From contig WOZO01000063.1 in assembly GCA_011620315.1 (NCBI GenBank), positions 7,968 to 71,967 of the forward strand: a stretch of DNA of 64,000 nucleotides, in the 5' to 3' direction. This document shows, piece by piece, positions 28,010 to 36,998 of this stretch; the stretch's first letter is position 1, and every line of letters begins with the position of its first letter. Source of the stretch: Sideroxydans sp. GTDB lineage: Bacteria > Pseudomonadota > Gammaproteobacteria > Burkholderiales > Gallionellaceae. The notes below the pieces were generated by a model, which had not been told where the DNA came from, made no database searches, and saw nothing but the letters and a program-made list of their open reading frames with translations. The position numbers and the translations under genes are program-made.

Positions 28010-29379
28010 GTCTTCTCCTTGAGTGCGTCGCGCAGCAGCAGGGCGACGTGTTGGGCTTTGCGTTGTGTGCCTTCGTGTATCTGGTGCCTGCACGAAAAAC
28101 CGTTGGCGAGGATGGCAGCATCGGGGGCGGCGCGCAGTGCGGGCAGCAGATCGAGTTCGGCCATCTGCATCGAGAGGTCGGCATGCTCCGCTTCCACGCC
28201 GAAACTGCCGGCCATGCCGCAACAACTGGCTTCGATGAATTCGAAATCGAACTCGGGGATCATGCGCAACACCTTGCGCAGCGACTTCATCGCGCCGACG
28301 GATTTCTGGTGACAGTGGCCGTGCACCAGCGTCTTGCCCGGCAGCGGTTTGAGATCGAGTGCGAGACGTTTGCGGTCATGTTCGCGCGCGATGAACTCTT
28401 CGAACAGGTAGACCTGTTTCGACAAGGCGACCGCCTCTTCACCCAGACCGAGTTTCAGATGATCGTCGCGCAAGGAAAGGATGCATGAAGGTTCGAGACC
28501 GACGATGGGCGTGCCCGCCGCCAGCGCGGGACGCAGCGCGAGTTGCATGCGGCGCGCTTCGCGCTTCGCTTGTTCCACTTGGCCGAGAGAAAGATAAGTG
28601 CGGCCGCAGCACAGCGCGCGTTCCGGTTCTTCATCGAACAAGTCCGGCTGCAAAGTGGTGACGCGATAACCGGCGGCACTCAACACCTGATGCGCGGCGT
28701 GTGCGATCTCGGGATCGAAGTGGAGGGCGAAGGTATCGACGAACAGGATGACGTCTTTGCTGTCTGCCTTAGACAGCGCTCCGAAATCGTTCATGCTTCG
28801 ATACGCTTCGCTACTCAGCACGAACGGAGTAGTGGAAGGCTCAGGCAATTTCCGTTTGGCGGAGATACCGAACAATCTTTCGCCCAGCTTCGCCAGCCAC
28901 GGCGCACGGTTGCGCCAGCGGATGATTCGTCGCATCACAGGATAACGATGCAGTTGCTGCGGCAGGTCGGCGAACAATCGTTCGCGCAAGGGCACGCCCG
29001 ACTTCTCATTGCGCTGTGCCTGATATTCGATCTTGATGGTGGCCATATCGACCTGGTTGGCGCATTCGCGTTTGCAGCCTTTGCAGCCGACACACAGTTC
29101 CATCGCGTCGGCGAGTTGCTGGCCGGTGAATGCATCTTCACCCAGCTCGCCGTTCAACGCCGCCTTCAGCACCTGCACCCTGCCGCCGGGCGAATGTGCA
29201 GTCTCGTCGGTGGCGCGGAAGCTGGGACACATCACGCCCTTGGGTTTGCGCTGACATTGTTTGTCGCTGATGCACACCGCGACGGCCTTGGCGAAGTCGC
29301 CGCCGCTCGCAGGGATGCCCGCGTAGGCATCGCCCTGTCCGGCGGTTTCGTAAGCTGACCAGTCGAGATGGAGTTTCAT
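28003..29379 (-). CDS. Fe-S oxidoreductase (4Fe-4S + CCG domains; C-terminal-half type of FAD-linked oxidases)
   Basis: VMCPSFRAT, CVGCKGCKRECANQVD, CCGRT, HGHCHQK, SCCGMAGSFG, GFSCRHQI; ATG 29379. Confidence 0.85.
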   Translation of the reverse strand: MKLHLDWSAYETAGQGDAYAGIPASGGDFAKAVAVCISDKQCQRKPKGVMCPSFRATDETAHSPGGRVQVLKAALNGELGEDAFTGQQLADAMELCVGCKGCKRECANQVDMATIKIEYQAQRNEKSGVPLRERLFADLPQQLHRYPVMRRIIRWRNRAPWLAKLGERLFGISAKRKLPEPSTTPFVLSSEAYRSMNDFGALSKADSKDVILFVDTFALHFDPEIAHAAHQVLSAAGYRVTTLQPDLFDEEPERALCCGRTYLSLGQVEQAKREARRMQLALRPALAAGTPIVGLEPSCILSLRDDHLKLGLGEEAVALSKQVYLFEEFIAREHDRKRLALDLKPLPGKTLVHGHCHQKSVGAMKSLRKVLRMIPEFDFEFIEASCCGMAGSFGVEAEHADLSMQMAELDLLPALRAAPDAAILANGFSCRHQIHEGTQRKAQHVALLLRDALKEKTC

Positions 29380-29390
29380 GCCTTTGTATA

Positions 29391-29406
29391 GGCAAGTTGG
29401 ATGCCA
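29391..29406 (-). promoter_or_regulatory. sigma54 promoter of Fe-S oxidoreductase operon
   Basis: Minus strand TGGCAT-CCAAC-TTGCC. Confidence 0.75.
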
Positions 29407-29513
29407 GCCCGCAAGGGATACCACACTATTCTTGTAAGCCATTGTGCGCACGGGATATTCATCTGCATGCCCGCTCCTACCCTCGCCCCCTGCATTGCCT
29501 GTGCTGTGGTTTT

Positions 29514-29562
29514 TGTCGCCTTCGTCACAAGCTTTCGCGCATGTCATGTGCAATTTGCAACA
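29514..29562. promoter_or_regulatory. Two tandem NifA UAS
   Basis: TGT-CGCCTTCGTC-ACA (29514-29529) and TGT-GCAATTTGCA-ACA (29547-29562). Confidence 0.75.
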
Positions 29563-29625
29563 GGTAAGCCCACAACACCAACGCAGGCACCCAACAAAAC
29601 AACGAGTTAAGCGTGCCGATATTTC

Positions 29626-29641
29626 AGGCACGCGGCTTGCT
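29626..29641 (+). promoter_or_regulatory. sigma54 promoter of nifB operon
   Basis: AGGCAC-GCGGC-TTGCT. Confidence 0.8.
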
Positions 29642-29674
29642 GATAGTCGGGCGGATCTTATCGGAGGACATATT

Positions 29675-31171
29675 GTGGAACTACCAGTCTTGAACAACAC
29701 AGCAAGCGAAGCCGCCAAGGGCGGATGTTCCGAGAGATCGTGCGGCTCGACCGACGACCAGATGAACCACCTGCCGGATAGCATCCGCGACAAGGTGAAG
29801 AACCATCCCTGCTATTCCGAAGAAGCACACCATTATTTTGCGCGCATGCACGTCGCCGTCGCACCGGCCTGCAACATCCAGTGCAACTACTGCAACCGCA
29901 AATACGATTGCTCCAACGAGTCGCGCCCCGGCGTGGTGTCCGAGGTGCTCAACCCAGTGCAAGCGGTGAAGAAGGTGATGGCCGTCGCCGCCACCATCCC
30001 GCAGATGACAGTGCTGGGCATCGCCGGTCCCGGCGACGCGCTGGCCAATCCGCAGCGCACCTTCGACACCTTCCGCATGCTGAACGAGCAAGCACCGGAC
30101 ATCAAACTGTGCGTCTCCACCAACGGCCTTGCCTTGCCGGAGAACGTCGAAGAGATGTGCCAATACAACATCGACCACGTGACCATCACCATCAACTGTG
30201 TGGACCCGGACGTGGGCGCGAAGATCTATCCGTGGATCTTCTGGAACAACAAGCGCATCAAGGGCCGCGAGGGCGCAGCCATCCTCATAGCGCAGCAACA
30301 GAAGGGGCTGGAGATGCTGGTCGCCAAGGGCGTGCTGGTGAAAGTGAACTCGGTGATGATCCCCGGCGTGAACGACAAGCATCTGGAAGAAGTGTCGCGC
30401 ATCGTGAAGGCCAAGGGTGCGTTCCTGCACAACGTGATGCCACTGATCTCGGAAGAGGAACACGGCACGTTCTACGGCCTCACCGGCCAGCGCGGTCCGA
30501 CCAACGAAGAACTGCAGGAATTGCAGGACTCGTGTGCGGGTGACATGAACATGATGCGTCACTGCCGCCAGTGCCGCGCCGATGCGGTGGGCCTGCTGGG
30601 CGAAGACCGCGGTGCGGAATTCACGCTGGACAAGATCGAGGAGATGGACATCGATTACGCCGAGGCGATGAAGATGCGCGCCGAAGTACATGCGGCCATC
30701 AACGAAGAACTGGAAAGCAAACACAAGGCCAAGGAAACCAAGCTGGTCAGCATCGAAGGTCTGAAGAAGGAAGTGACCCGTCCGGTATTGATGGCGGTCG
30801 CCACCAAGGGCGGCGGCGTCATCAACGAACACTTCGGTCATGCCGGCGAGTTCCTGATCTATGAAGCATCGAGCAACGGCGTGCGCTTCATCGGCCACCG
30901 CAAGACCACACCGTATTGCGAAGGTGGCGACACCTGCGGCGACGGCGAGAGCGCACTGGATGTGACCATCCGCGAACTCTCGGGCTGCGAAGTGGTGCTG
31001 TGCAGCAAGGTCGGCTACGAACCTTGGGGCCCACTGGAAGCCGCAGGCATCCAGCCCAACGGCGAACACGCGATGGAAGCCATCGAAGATGCAGTGCTGG
31101 CTGTGTATGAAGAGATGCGTGCCGCAGGCAAGCTGGAAGCCAAGGCAGACACCGCGCAAAAAGCGGCATAA
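29675..31171 (+). CDS. nifB: Radical SAM FeMo-co biosynthesis protein NifB (with NifX-like domain)
   Basis: HPCYSEEAH, CNIQCNYCNRKYDCSNESRPG, MRHCRQCRADAVG, INEHFGHA; GTG start after GGAGGA. Confidence 0.97.
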   Translation: MELPVLNNTASEAAKGGCSERSCGSTDDQMNHLPDSIRDKVKNHPCYSEEAHHYFARMHVAVAPACNIQCNYCNRKYDCSNESRPGVVSEVLNPVQAVKKVMAVAATIPQMTVLGIAGPGDALANPQRTFDTFRMLNEQAPDIKLCVSTNGLALPENVEEMCQYNIDHVTITINCVDPDVGAKIYPWIFWNNKRIKGREGAAILIAQQQKGLEMLVAKGVLVKVNSVMIPGVNDKHLEEVSRIVKAKGAFLHNVMPLISEEEHGTFYGLTGQRGPTNEELQELQDSCAGDMNMMRHCRQCRADAVGLLGEDRGAEFTLDKIEEMDIDYAEAMKMRAEVHAAINEELESKHKAKETKLVSIEGLKKEVTRPVLMAVATKGGGVINEHFGHAGEFLIYEASSNGVRFIGHRKTTPYCEGGDTCGDGESALDVTIRELSGCEVVLCSKVGYEPWGPLEAAGIQPNGEHAMEAIEDAVLAVYEEMRAAGKLEAKADTAQKAA

Positions 31172-31182
31172 AGGAGACCATC

Positions 31183-31437
31183 ATGGCATTTGAGATCATC
31201 GAATCCTGCACCAACTGCTATGCCTGCGAACCGCTGTGCCCGAGCAAGGCGATCTATGAGGCGAAGCCGCACTTCCTCATCGACGCTGACAAGTGCACGG
31301 AATGCGCAGGCGATTTCGAAGAACCGCAGTGCGCGAGCATCTGCCCGATCGAAGGCGCGATCCTCAACGAAGACGGCGTGGAGCTCAACCCGCCCGGTTC
31401 TCTGACCGGCATCCCGCCAGAGAAGTTGGCTGCGTAA
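31183..31437 (+). CDS. fdxN: 2x[4Fe-4S] ferredoxin
   Basis: CTNCYACEPLCP, CTECAGDFEEPQCASICP; directly after nifB. Confidence 0.88.
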   Translation: MAFEIIESCTNCYACEPLCPSKAIYEAKPHFLIDADKCTECAGDFEEPQCASICPIEGAILNEDGVELNPPGSLTGIPPEKLAA

Positions 31438-31442
31438 GCATC

Positions 31443-31871
31443 ATGGCCACCATCGTCTTCTACGAGAAACCCGGCTGCGGCAACAACACCAAACAAAAGG
31501 TGTGGCTGGCCGCGTCGGGTCACACCGTGTTGCCGAAGAACCTGCTCATCGAAAGATGGACGACAGAGAAGCTGCGTCCTTTCTTCGGCGAGATGCCGGT
31601 CGAGAAATGGTTCAACCCGTCCGCACCCAGCGTGAAATCGGGCGAGATCGATCCGGCTGCTTACTCTGAAGAAGAAGCACTGGCGATGATGGTGGAACAA
31701 CCGCTACTCATCCGCCGCCCCTTGATGGATATCGAAGGTGAGTTGCGCGCAGGTTTCGAAGCCAGGGCAGTAGATGCCTGGATCGGCCTCAACGACAGTC
31801 AGCCGAAAGATGAGCCGTGCCCCATCTGCCATCGTTCCGAACCTTGCCCGGCACCGGAAGCCGTGACATGA
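31443..31871 (+). CDS. nifO: ArsC-like nitrogenase-associated protein
   Basis: FYEKPGCGNNTKQK..L..SGH, WFNPSAP, PLLIRRPLM. Confidence 0.85.
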   Translation: MATIVFYEKPGCGNNTKQKVWLAASGHTVLPKNLLIERWTTEKLRPFFGEMPVEKWFNPSAPSVKSGEIDPAAYSEEEALAMMVEQPLLIRRPLMDIEGELRAGFEARAVDAWIGLNDSQPKDEPCPICHRSEPCPAPEAVT

Positions 31872-33136
31872 ACGCCTCGCCGAATGCTGTTGAAGTCGCA
31901 CCCGGCACGCACTGGATCGGCGCGCTCGATCCAAGCTTGCGCGATTTCGACATCATTCTGAAGACGGCGAACGGCACCACCTACAATTCCTATTGCGTGC
32001 GCGGCGACGATGGCGTGGCCATCATCGACACGGTGAAGGCTTCGCATGCGGATGAATTCTTCACACGACTGGAACAGGTCGCGCGCTACGACGAGATCAG
32101 TACCATCGTGCTGAACCATCTGGAACCGGATCACAGCGGAGCATTGCCGGAGCTGATGCGGCGCGCACCACAAGCCAAGCTCTACATCTCGGCCAAAGCA
32201 CATCTGATGCTGAAAGCATTGGTGAAGACCGACGATCTGCGATTCAACGTGGTGGAGACGGGCGACCGCGTGGAACTGGGCGGACGCACGCTGCATTTCT
32301 TCAGCACACCTTTCCTGCACTGGCCGGATACACAATGCACGCTGGTGGAAGAACAAGGCATCCTGTTCAGCGGCGATGTGTTCGGCTGTCACTTCTGCGA
32401 CCCGCGTCTGTTCAACGACAAGGTCGGCGATTTCCGTTTCTCGTTCGAGTATTACTACCAGCACATCATGCGGCCGTTCCGCGAACATGTGTTGGAAGCA
32501 CTCGAACTGCTGGAGCCATTGGCGCTGAAGACCATCGCCCCCGCGCACGGCCCCATCCTGCGCGATGCGCCGCAAAGTTATCTGCAACGCTACAAACAAT
32601 TGGCCGCACCGCTGCTGCACAACGAGGTCGGCGCGAATGACAAATCGCTACTGGTGTTCTACATCTCCTCCTACGGCAACACCGCGCTGATGGCGCAAGC
32701 CGTTGCCGAAGGTGCAGAGACGGAAGACGGCGTGCGCGTTTCGCTGTACGACCTGCAAGCCAGCGGCGGCCTGCCCTTCGTCGATCTGATCGAGGAAGCG
32801 GACGGCATCGCCATCGGTTCACCCACCATCAATGGCGACGCGGTGAAGCCGGTGTGGGATCTGCTGTCTTCGCTGGCCGTGATCAAGGTGCGCGACAAGT
32901 TGGGCGCATCGTTCGGTTCCTACGGCTGGAGCGGCGAAGCCATCAACATGATCGAGGACCGCCTGCGCGGACTCAAGCTGCGCGTGCCGGTCAAAGGTGT
33001 GCGCGCCAAACTGATCCCCAACGAAGAAGAGATGCAGCGTTGCCGCGACCTCGGCAAACAACTTGCACAACATCTGACCGGCAATCTGCAACGCCGCGTC
33101 ATCTCCATGTCCGAACTACTTTCCCAGGAGTCATAG
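31868..33136 (+). CDS. fprA: Flavodiiron protein (metallo-beta-lactamase + flavodoxin)
   Basis: GTTYNSY, NHLEPDHSG, PFLHWPD, FSGDVFGCH, APAHGP, SSYGNT, FGSYGWSGEA. Confidence 0.92.
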   Translation: MNASPNAVEVAPGTHWIGALDPSLRDFDIILKTANGTTYNSYCVRGDDGVAIIDTVKASHADEFFTRLEQVARYDEISTIVLNHLEPDHSGALPELMRRAPQAKLYISAKAHLMLKALVKTDDLRFNVVETGDRVELGGRTLHFFSTPFLHWPDTQCTLVEEQGILFSGDVFGCHFCDPRLFNDKVGDFRFSFEYYYQHIMRPFREHVLEALELLEPLALKTIAPAHGPILRDAPQSYLQRYKQLAAPLLHNEVGANDKSLLVFYISSYGNTALMAQAVAEGAETEDGVRVSLYDLQASGGLPFVDLIEEADGIAIGSPTINGDAVKPVWDLLSSLAVIKVRDKLGASFGSYGWSGEAINMIEDRLRGLKLRVPVKGVRAKLIPNEEEMQRCRDLGKQLAQHLTGNLQRRVISMSELLSQES

Positions 33137-33137
33137 C

Positions 33138-33422
33138 ATGCCCAAGGCCAACGTCACTTTCGAAAAACTCGGTGTCACCATCAGCGTGCCCGCCGGTACA
33201 CGCCTGATCGAGATCAGCGAAAAGGTCGGTGCCAGCATCACCTACGGCTGCCGCGAAGGCGAGTGCGGCACCTGCATCATGAAGATCGTCTCAGGCATGG
33301 AACACATGAGCGAACGCTCGGTGCTGGAAGACAAAGTGCTGCAAGAGAACATGGCCGGCAGCAGCCATCGCCTCGCCTGCCAGGCGCAGGTGCTGGGCGG
33401 AGATATAACAGTCAAGGCGTAG
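33138..33422 (+). CDS. Plant/adrenodoxin-type [2Fe-2S] ferredoxin
   Basis: YGCREGECGTC...RLACQ. Confidence 0.9.
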   Translation: MPKANVTFEKLGVTISVPAGTRLIEISEKVGASITYGCREGECGTCIMKIVSGMEHMSERSVLEDKVLQENMAGSSHRLACQAQVLGGDITVKA

Positions 33423-33454
33423 TTTTTCCAACCACCACAACAGGAGTAACAGCA

Positions 33455-33814
33455 ATGCCGAACATCACTTTTTCCAGCCCTTTGCACAAGGACAAGACCG
33501 TCTACGCGACCGCAGGCAGCCACACCATGACCGTGCTGAAACTGGCACGCGACAATCACATCCCCATCGACTTCGGCTGCGAGAACGGCGAATGCGCGAC
33601 TTGCCTGGTGAAGGTGACCAACCTGTCCAACAAAGGCCCGATGGCCGGTCCGCTGACCGACCGCGAGATCACCGTGCTGAAGCAGGAAGGCAAGATCACC
33701 GCCGCACAGATCGAAGCGATGAAAGTGAACGATGTGGTCACCAGCGAATGGCGTCTGGCTTGCCAGATGGTGCTGCGCGACGAAGACGTGCTGATCGAAT
33801 ACCCAAGCAAGTGA
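33455..33814 (+). CDS. [2Fe-2S] ferredoxin, FeSII (Shethna protein II)-like
   Basis: ITFSSPL, FGCENGECATCLVKV, LTDRE..VLK..GK, RLACQ..L.DED.LIEY resemble Azotobacter FeSII as recalled. Confidence 0.8.
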   Translation: MPNITFSSPLHKDKTVYATAGSHTMTVLKLARDNHIPIDFGCENGECATCLVKVTNLSNKGPMAGPLTDREITVLKQEGKITAAQIEAMKVNDVVTSEWRLACQMVLRDEDVLIEYPSK

Positions 33815-33824
33815 TCATCAAGCA

Positions 33825-34538
33825 ATGATCATCATGCAGCCCACCGCCATGCACACCACCAAGACACCACCGCAGCCGGGCTCCCCCCTCTCTAACTCTG
33901 GTGAAACTACTAGCCATTCGACTAAGCCAGCAAGCTGGCAAGTCGCTGGTTATCTCCCGCAAGCGGGAGAAAGGACGAACGAGAAAGGCAATAGTCGATC
34001 CCCGGGCCTGTATGCGGAGTTGATGTCGCATGCGGCTGGGCTGCCCAATGATGAACTATTCGCACAACTGATCGCCAACCAGATCGCCGGCCTCGGCGCA
34101 TTGCCGCCCGGACTGGGGCTGGATGAAGAAGTGTTCGCGGCGCTGCTGTCGCGTCACTTCCCCAGCATGCAACTGGTGATACGTCGCAACGCGAATGCGT
34201 CCGACGAACGCGAACTGGAACACGAAGACGTGCGCGCGCTGATCCTAGAACATCGCGCCAACCTCGACGTCTCCGAAGTATGGATGGCAGAGATCGTCAC
34301 CACCGCCTGCATGGCGAGCGACCATCTGTGGCAAGACCTCGGCCTGTGGTCGCGCAAATACCTGACCCAGATGATGACGCAGAACTTCCCCACGCTGGCC
34401 GCGAAGAACAGCAAAGACATGAAGTGGAAGAAGTTCCTCTACAAGCAACTGTGCGAGAAAGAAGAGATCAGCATCTGCCGCTCACCGAGTTGCGAAGTGT
34501 GCATCGACTATCAGAAATGCTTCGGGCCGGAGGAGTGA
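33825..34538 (+). CDS. nifQ: Molybdenum donor NifQ (N-terminus extended by repeat DNA; start uncertain)
   Basis: DHLWQDLGL.SR..L..MM..NFP.LAAKN..DMKWKKFLYKQLC....CRSPSCEVC.DY..CFGPE. Confidence 0.93.
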   Translation: MIIMQPTAMHTTKTPPQPGSPLSNSGETTSHSTKPASWQVAGYLPQAGERTNEKGNSRSPGLYAELMSHAAGLPNDELFAQLIANQIAGLGALPPGLGLDEEVFAALLSRHFPSMQLVIRRNANASDERELEHEDVRALILEHRANLDVSEVWMAEIVTTACMASDHLWQDLGLWSRKYLTQMMTQNFPTLAAKNSKDMKWKKFLYKQLCEKEEISICRSPSCEVCIDYQKCFGPEE

Positions 34539-34540
34539 CC

Positions 34541-34888
34541 CGTCATACCGGCGCAGGCCGGTATCCAGCCATACAAATACCCTGCGAAGCAGACAAAACC
34601 ATGATGACGTCCCGCTTGCGAGAACTTATTGATCAACTTGATACCAGTCCCGTAGGATGGGTGGCCCCCGTTCGGGGACAAGAGCAACGCGATACCCATC
34701 AATCGCCATCTGCAAAACGATGGGTATCGCTGCGCTCCTCCCATCCTACAACTCATTGGCCGTCATACCGGCGCAGGCCGGTATCCAGTCAAAACATGCA
34801 TCCTGCAAAGCAGGCAAAACCGGTGTTGTCCCGCTGCGCGGGGAATTTTTCTATCATCTGGATTCCGGCCTGCGCCGGAATGACGGCG
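34541..34888. repeat. Composite REP cluster (GTCAT..CCGGCGCAGGCCGG copies and a GTAGGATGGG doublet)
   Basis: Two gtcataccggcgcaggccggtatccag copies, inverse ctggattccggcctgcgccggaatgac, and gtaggatgggtgg ... ccatcctac. Confidence 0.85.
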
Positions 34889-34894
34889 GTTTGA

Positions 34895-35773
34895 ATGTCT
34901 GCTTCTGACCGCGCCATCGCCGCCTACCTCGGCCTCGCCATCGGCGATGCGCTGGGCGCGACGGTGGAGTTCATGACGCCGCGCGAGATCAAAGCCCAAT
35001 ACGGCGTGCATGACAAACTGATCGGCGGCGGCTGGTTGCATCTGAAACCGGGACAGGTCACCGACGACACCACCATGTCACTCGCACTCGGCACCTCCAT
35101 CCTCAAAGCAGGCAAGGTCGATGCGCATGCCGCCGCGCAAGCCTTCGACGACTGGATGCGCGGCAAGCCGGTGGACATCGGCAACACCGTGCGGCGCAAC
35201 CTGCTGCAATTCCGCAAGACCGGCAATCCAGAAGCCCCCTACTCCGACCACGACGCAGGCAACGGCGCCGCGATGCGCGTGCTGCCCGTCGCACTCGCCA
35301 CCTTCGGCCAGAGCGAAGACGAAGTGCGCGTCGCCTGCCGCGCACAAGCGCATGTCACCCATCATTGCACCCTGTCGGATGCGGCCTGCGAATGTCTGGT
35401 GCTGATGGTGCAAGACGCACTGCGCGGCGCAAGCAAGAACGACCTGCTGCACAAACACGCCCACCCGCTCGCACTGCAACATCCCTCCTTCAAGTTCCGC
35501 GCCGTCAAACCCGCCGCCAACCCCAGCGGATACATCGCCGACACCATGCCCGCCGTGTTCCAGAGTTTCTTCGATACCGACGATCTGCACGACTGTCTGG
35601 TCGATGTAGTCAATCGCGGCGGCGATGCCGACACCACCGGCGCCATCGCGGGCATGCTGGCCGGTGCGATGTATGGCACAGAGGCTATTCCGGGTGATTG
35701 GATGAAGGGACTGGACGCAGAGACGCGCACCTTGTGTGAGATGCAGGCGCAGGCGCTGCTGCACACAAATTAG
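34895..35773 (+). CDS. draG: ADP-ribosyl-[dinitrogenase reductase] hydrolase
   Basis: GLAIGDALGATVEFMT, GQVTDDTTMSL, KPVDIGNTVRR, GNGAAMR, NRGGDADTTGAIAG. Confidence 0.95.
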   Translation: MSASDRAIAAYLGLAIGDALGATVEFMTPREIKAQYGVHDKLIGGGWLHLKPGQVTDDTTMSLALGTSILKAGKVDAHAAAQAFDDWMRGKPVDIGNTVRRNLLQFRKTGNPEAPYSDHDAGNGAAMRVLPVALATFGQSEDEVRVACRAQAHVTHHCTLSDAACECLVLMVQDALRGASKNDLLHKHAHPLALQHPSFKFRAVKPAANPSGYIADTMPAVFQSFFDTDDLHDCLVDVVNRGGDADTTGAIAGMLAGAMYGTEAIPGDWMKGLDAETRTLCEMQAQALLHTN

Positions 35774-35916
35774 ATCTTGCTTTGCCATATTCTATTAATG
35801 GGAAATATTGCCCTCCCAACTAGTTGGCCAGCTATCTAAACCGGATATAGGCCATTCGGCATATGGTCTCCGAGAAATTTTACTGATATGGTCATGCCCA
35901 CATAAACGGGGTTGAT

Positions 35917-36939
35917 ATGAAACTTAAAATAATTGGTTCATTCCTTATATTGCTGAACTTGTCTGTCAGTGGCTGCGGCGGTGGCGGTGGCGGCGGGGAT
36001 AGTGGCGGCGGTTCAACAACTACAACACCTACTTGGCAATTGCAGAATACCGGTGTGCCAAGTGACAGCTACAACGTAGGCATTTGGAATGGCACCAAAT
36101 ATGTCCTATTTGGCTGGAGCGGGAATAACGTCATATCAAGTGTTGATGGGAACAATTGGGCATCAGTTAATCCTGGGCATCTAATCAGAGATGTTGCTTG
36201 GGATGGCAGCACCTTTGTGGCGGTAGGAAAACTCAACTCCGGCGTCCTAACCGGTCTTCAAAATTCCGTCATGACAAGCCGAGATGGAATAATTTGGAAT
36301 CCAAATATCATAGGAAATTCGAACTCGTATTCGACCGTAGTTTGGAATGGCAATTCGTTTCTGGCCGTACGAGATTCTTCCGGTGGCTATGGCTCAAATC
36401 TAGCTATCGATCAGAGTACTGATGGGGTTTCGTGGTCAAATATCGCGATAATTCCCTCCTCGCTCGGAGTCGGAAATGTGCTGACAGATATGGCATGGAC
36501 AGGTGCTCTGTACGCTGCTGTTGGATATGATCCGGTATCAAATATTGGGCTATCAATGACAAGTACAGACGGTGTTAATTGGACTCGCTCGTCTCTTGCT
36601 GAAACCGCACAATTGAACTCGGTCGCATGGGATGGGACAACATTGGTTGCCGCCGGAACAGATCGCGCAAATGCGATAACAAGAGGAGTAATTTACACGT
36701 CAGCGGATGGTGCCACGTGGACTAAGCGGCATGATTCTATAGACGGAGGAATAGATAGTGTTGTTTGGACTGGGACCCAGTTTTCAGCTATTGATTGGCG
36801 TACTGGGCAATATCTCACAAGCTCAGATGGTGTGACATGGACGAGTGAGGCAAGTCCAAGTACTAATGTCTATGCATTGACCGTAGGCGGAGGAAAAATA
36901 ATTGCCCATGGCAATCTCGGTACCATCTATGTTCGTTAA
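35917..36939 (+). CDS. AT-rich lipoprotein with beta-propeller repeats
   Basis: Lipobox LSVSG-C, Gly linker, repeated V.W.G..fvAVG / S.DG..W units; visibly lower GC. Confidence 0.8.
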   Translation: MKLKIIGSFLILLNLSVSGCGGGGGGGDSGGGSTTTTPTWQLQNTGVPSDSYNVGIWNGTKYVLFGWSGNNVISSVDGNNWASVNPGHLIRDVAWDGSTFVAVGKLNSGVLTGLQNSVMTSRDGIIWNPNIIGNSNSYSTVVWNGNSFLAVRDSSGGYGSNLAIDQSTDGVSWSNIAIIPSSLGVGNVLTDMAWTGALYAAVGYDPVSNIGLSMTSTDGVNWTRSSLAETAQLNSVAWDGTTLVAAGTDRANAITRGVIYTSADGATWTKRHDSIDGGIDSVVWTGTQFSAIDWRTGQYLTSSDGVTWTSEASPSTNVYALTVGGGKIIAHGNLGTIYVR

Positions 36940-36998
36940 ACCGCGCGGTCACGGGGTCTTGCATTACGACATTCCTAACTAGAACCTGAGCCGCCGCA

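Noticed and set aside
34541-34888. Repeated ~28-nt units that could be taken for a CRISPR array
   Set aside because: Units are inverted REP doublets with irregular spacing; no cas genes or leader.
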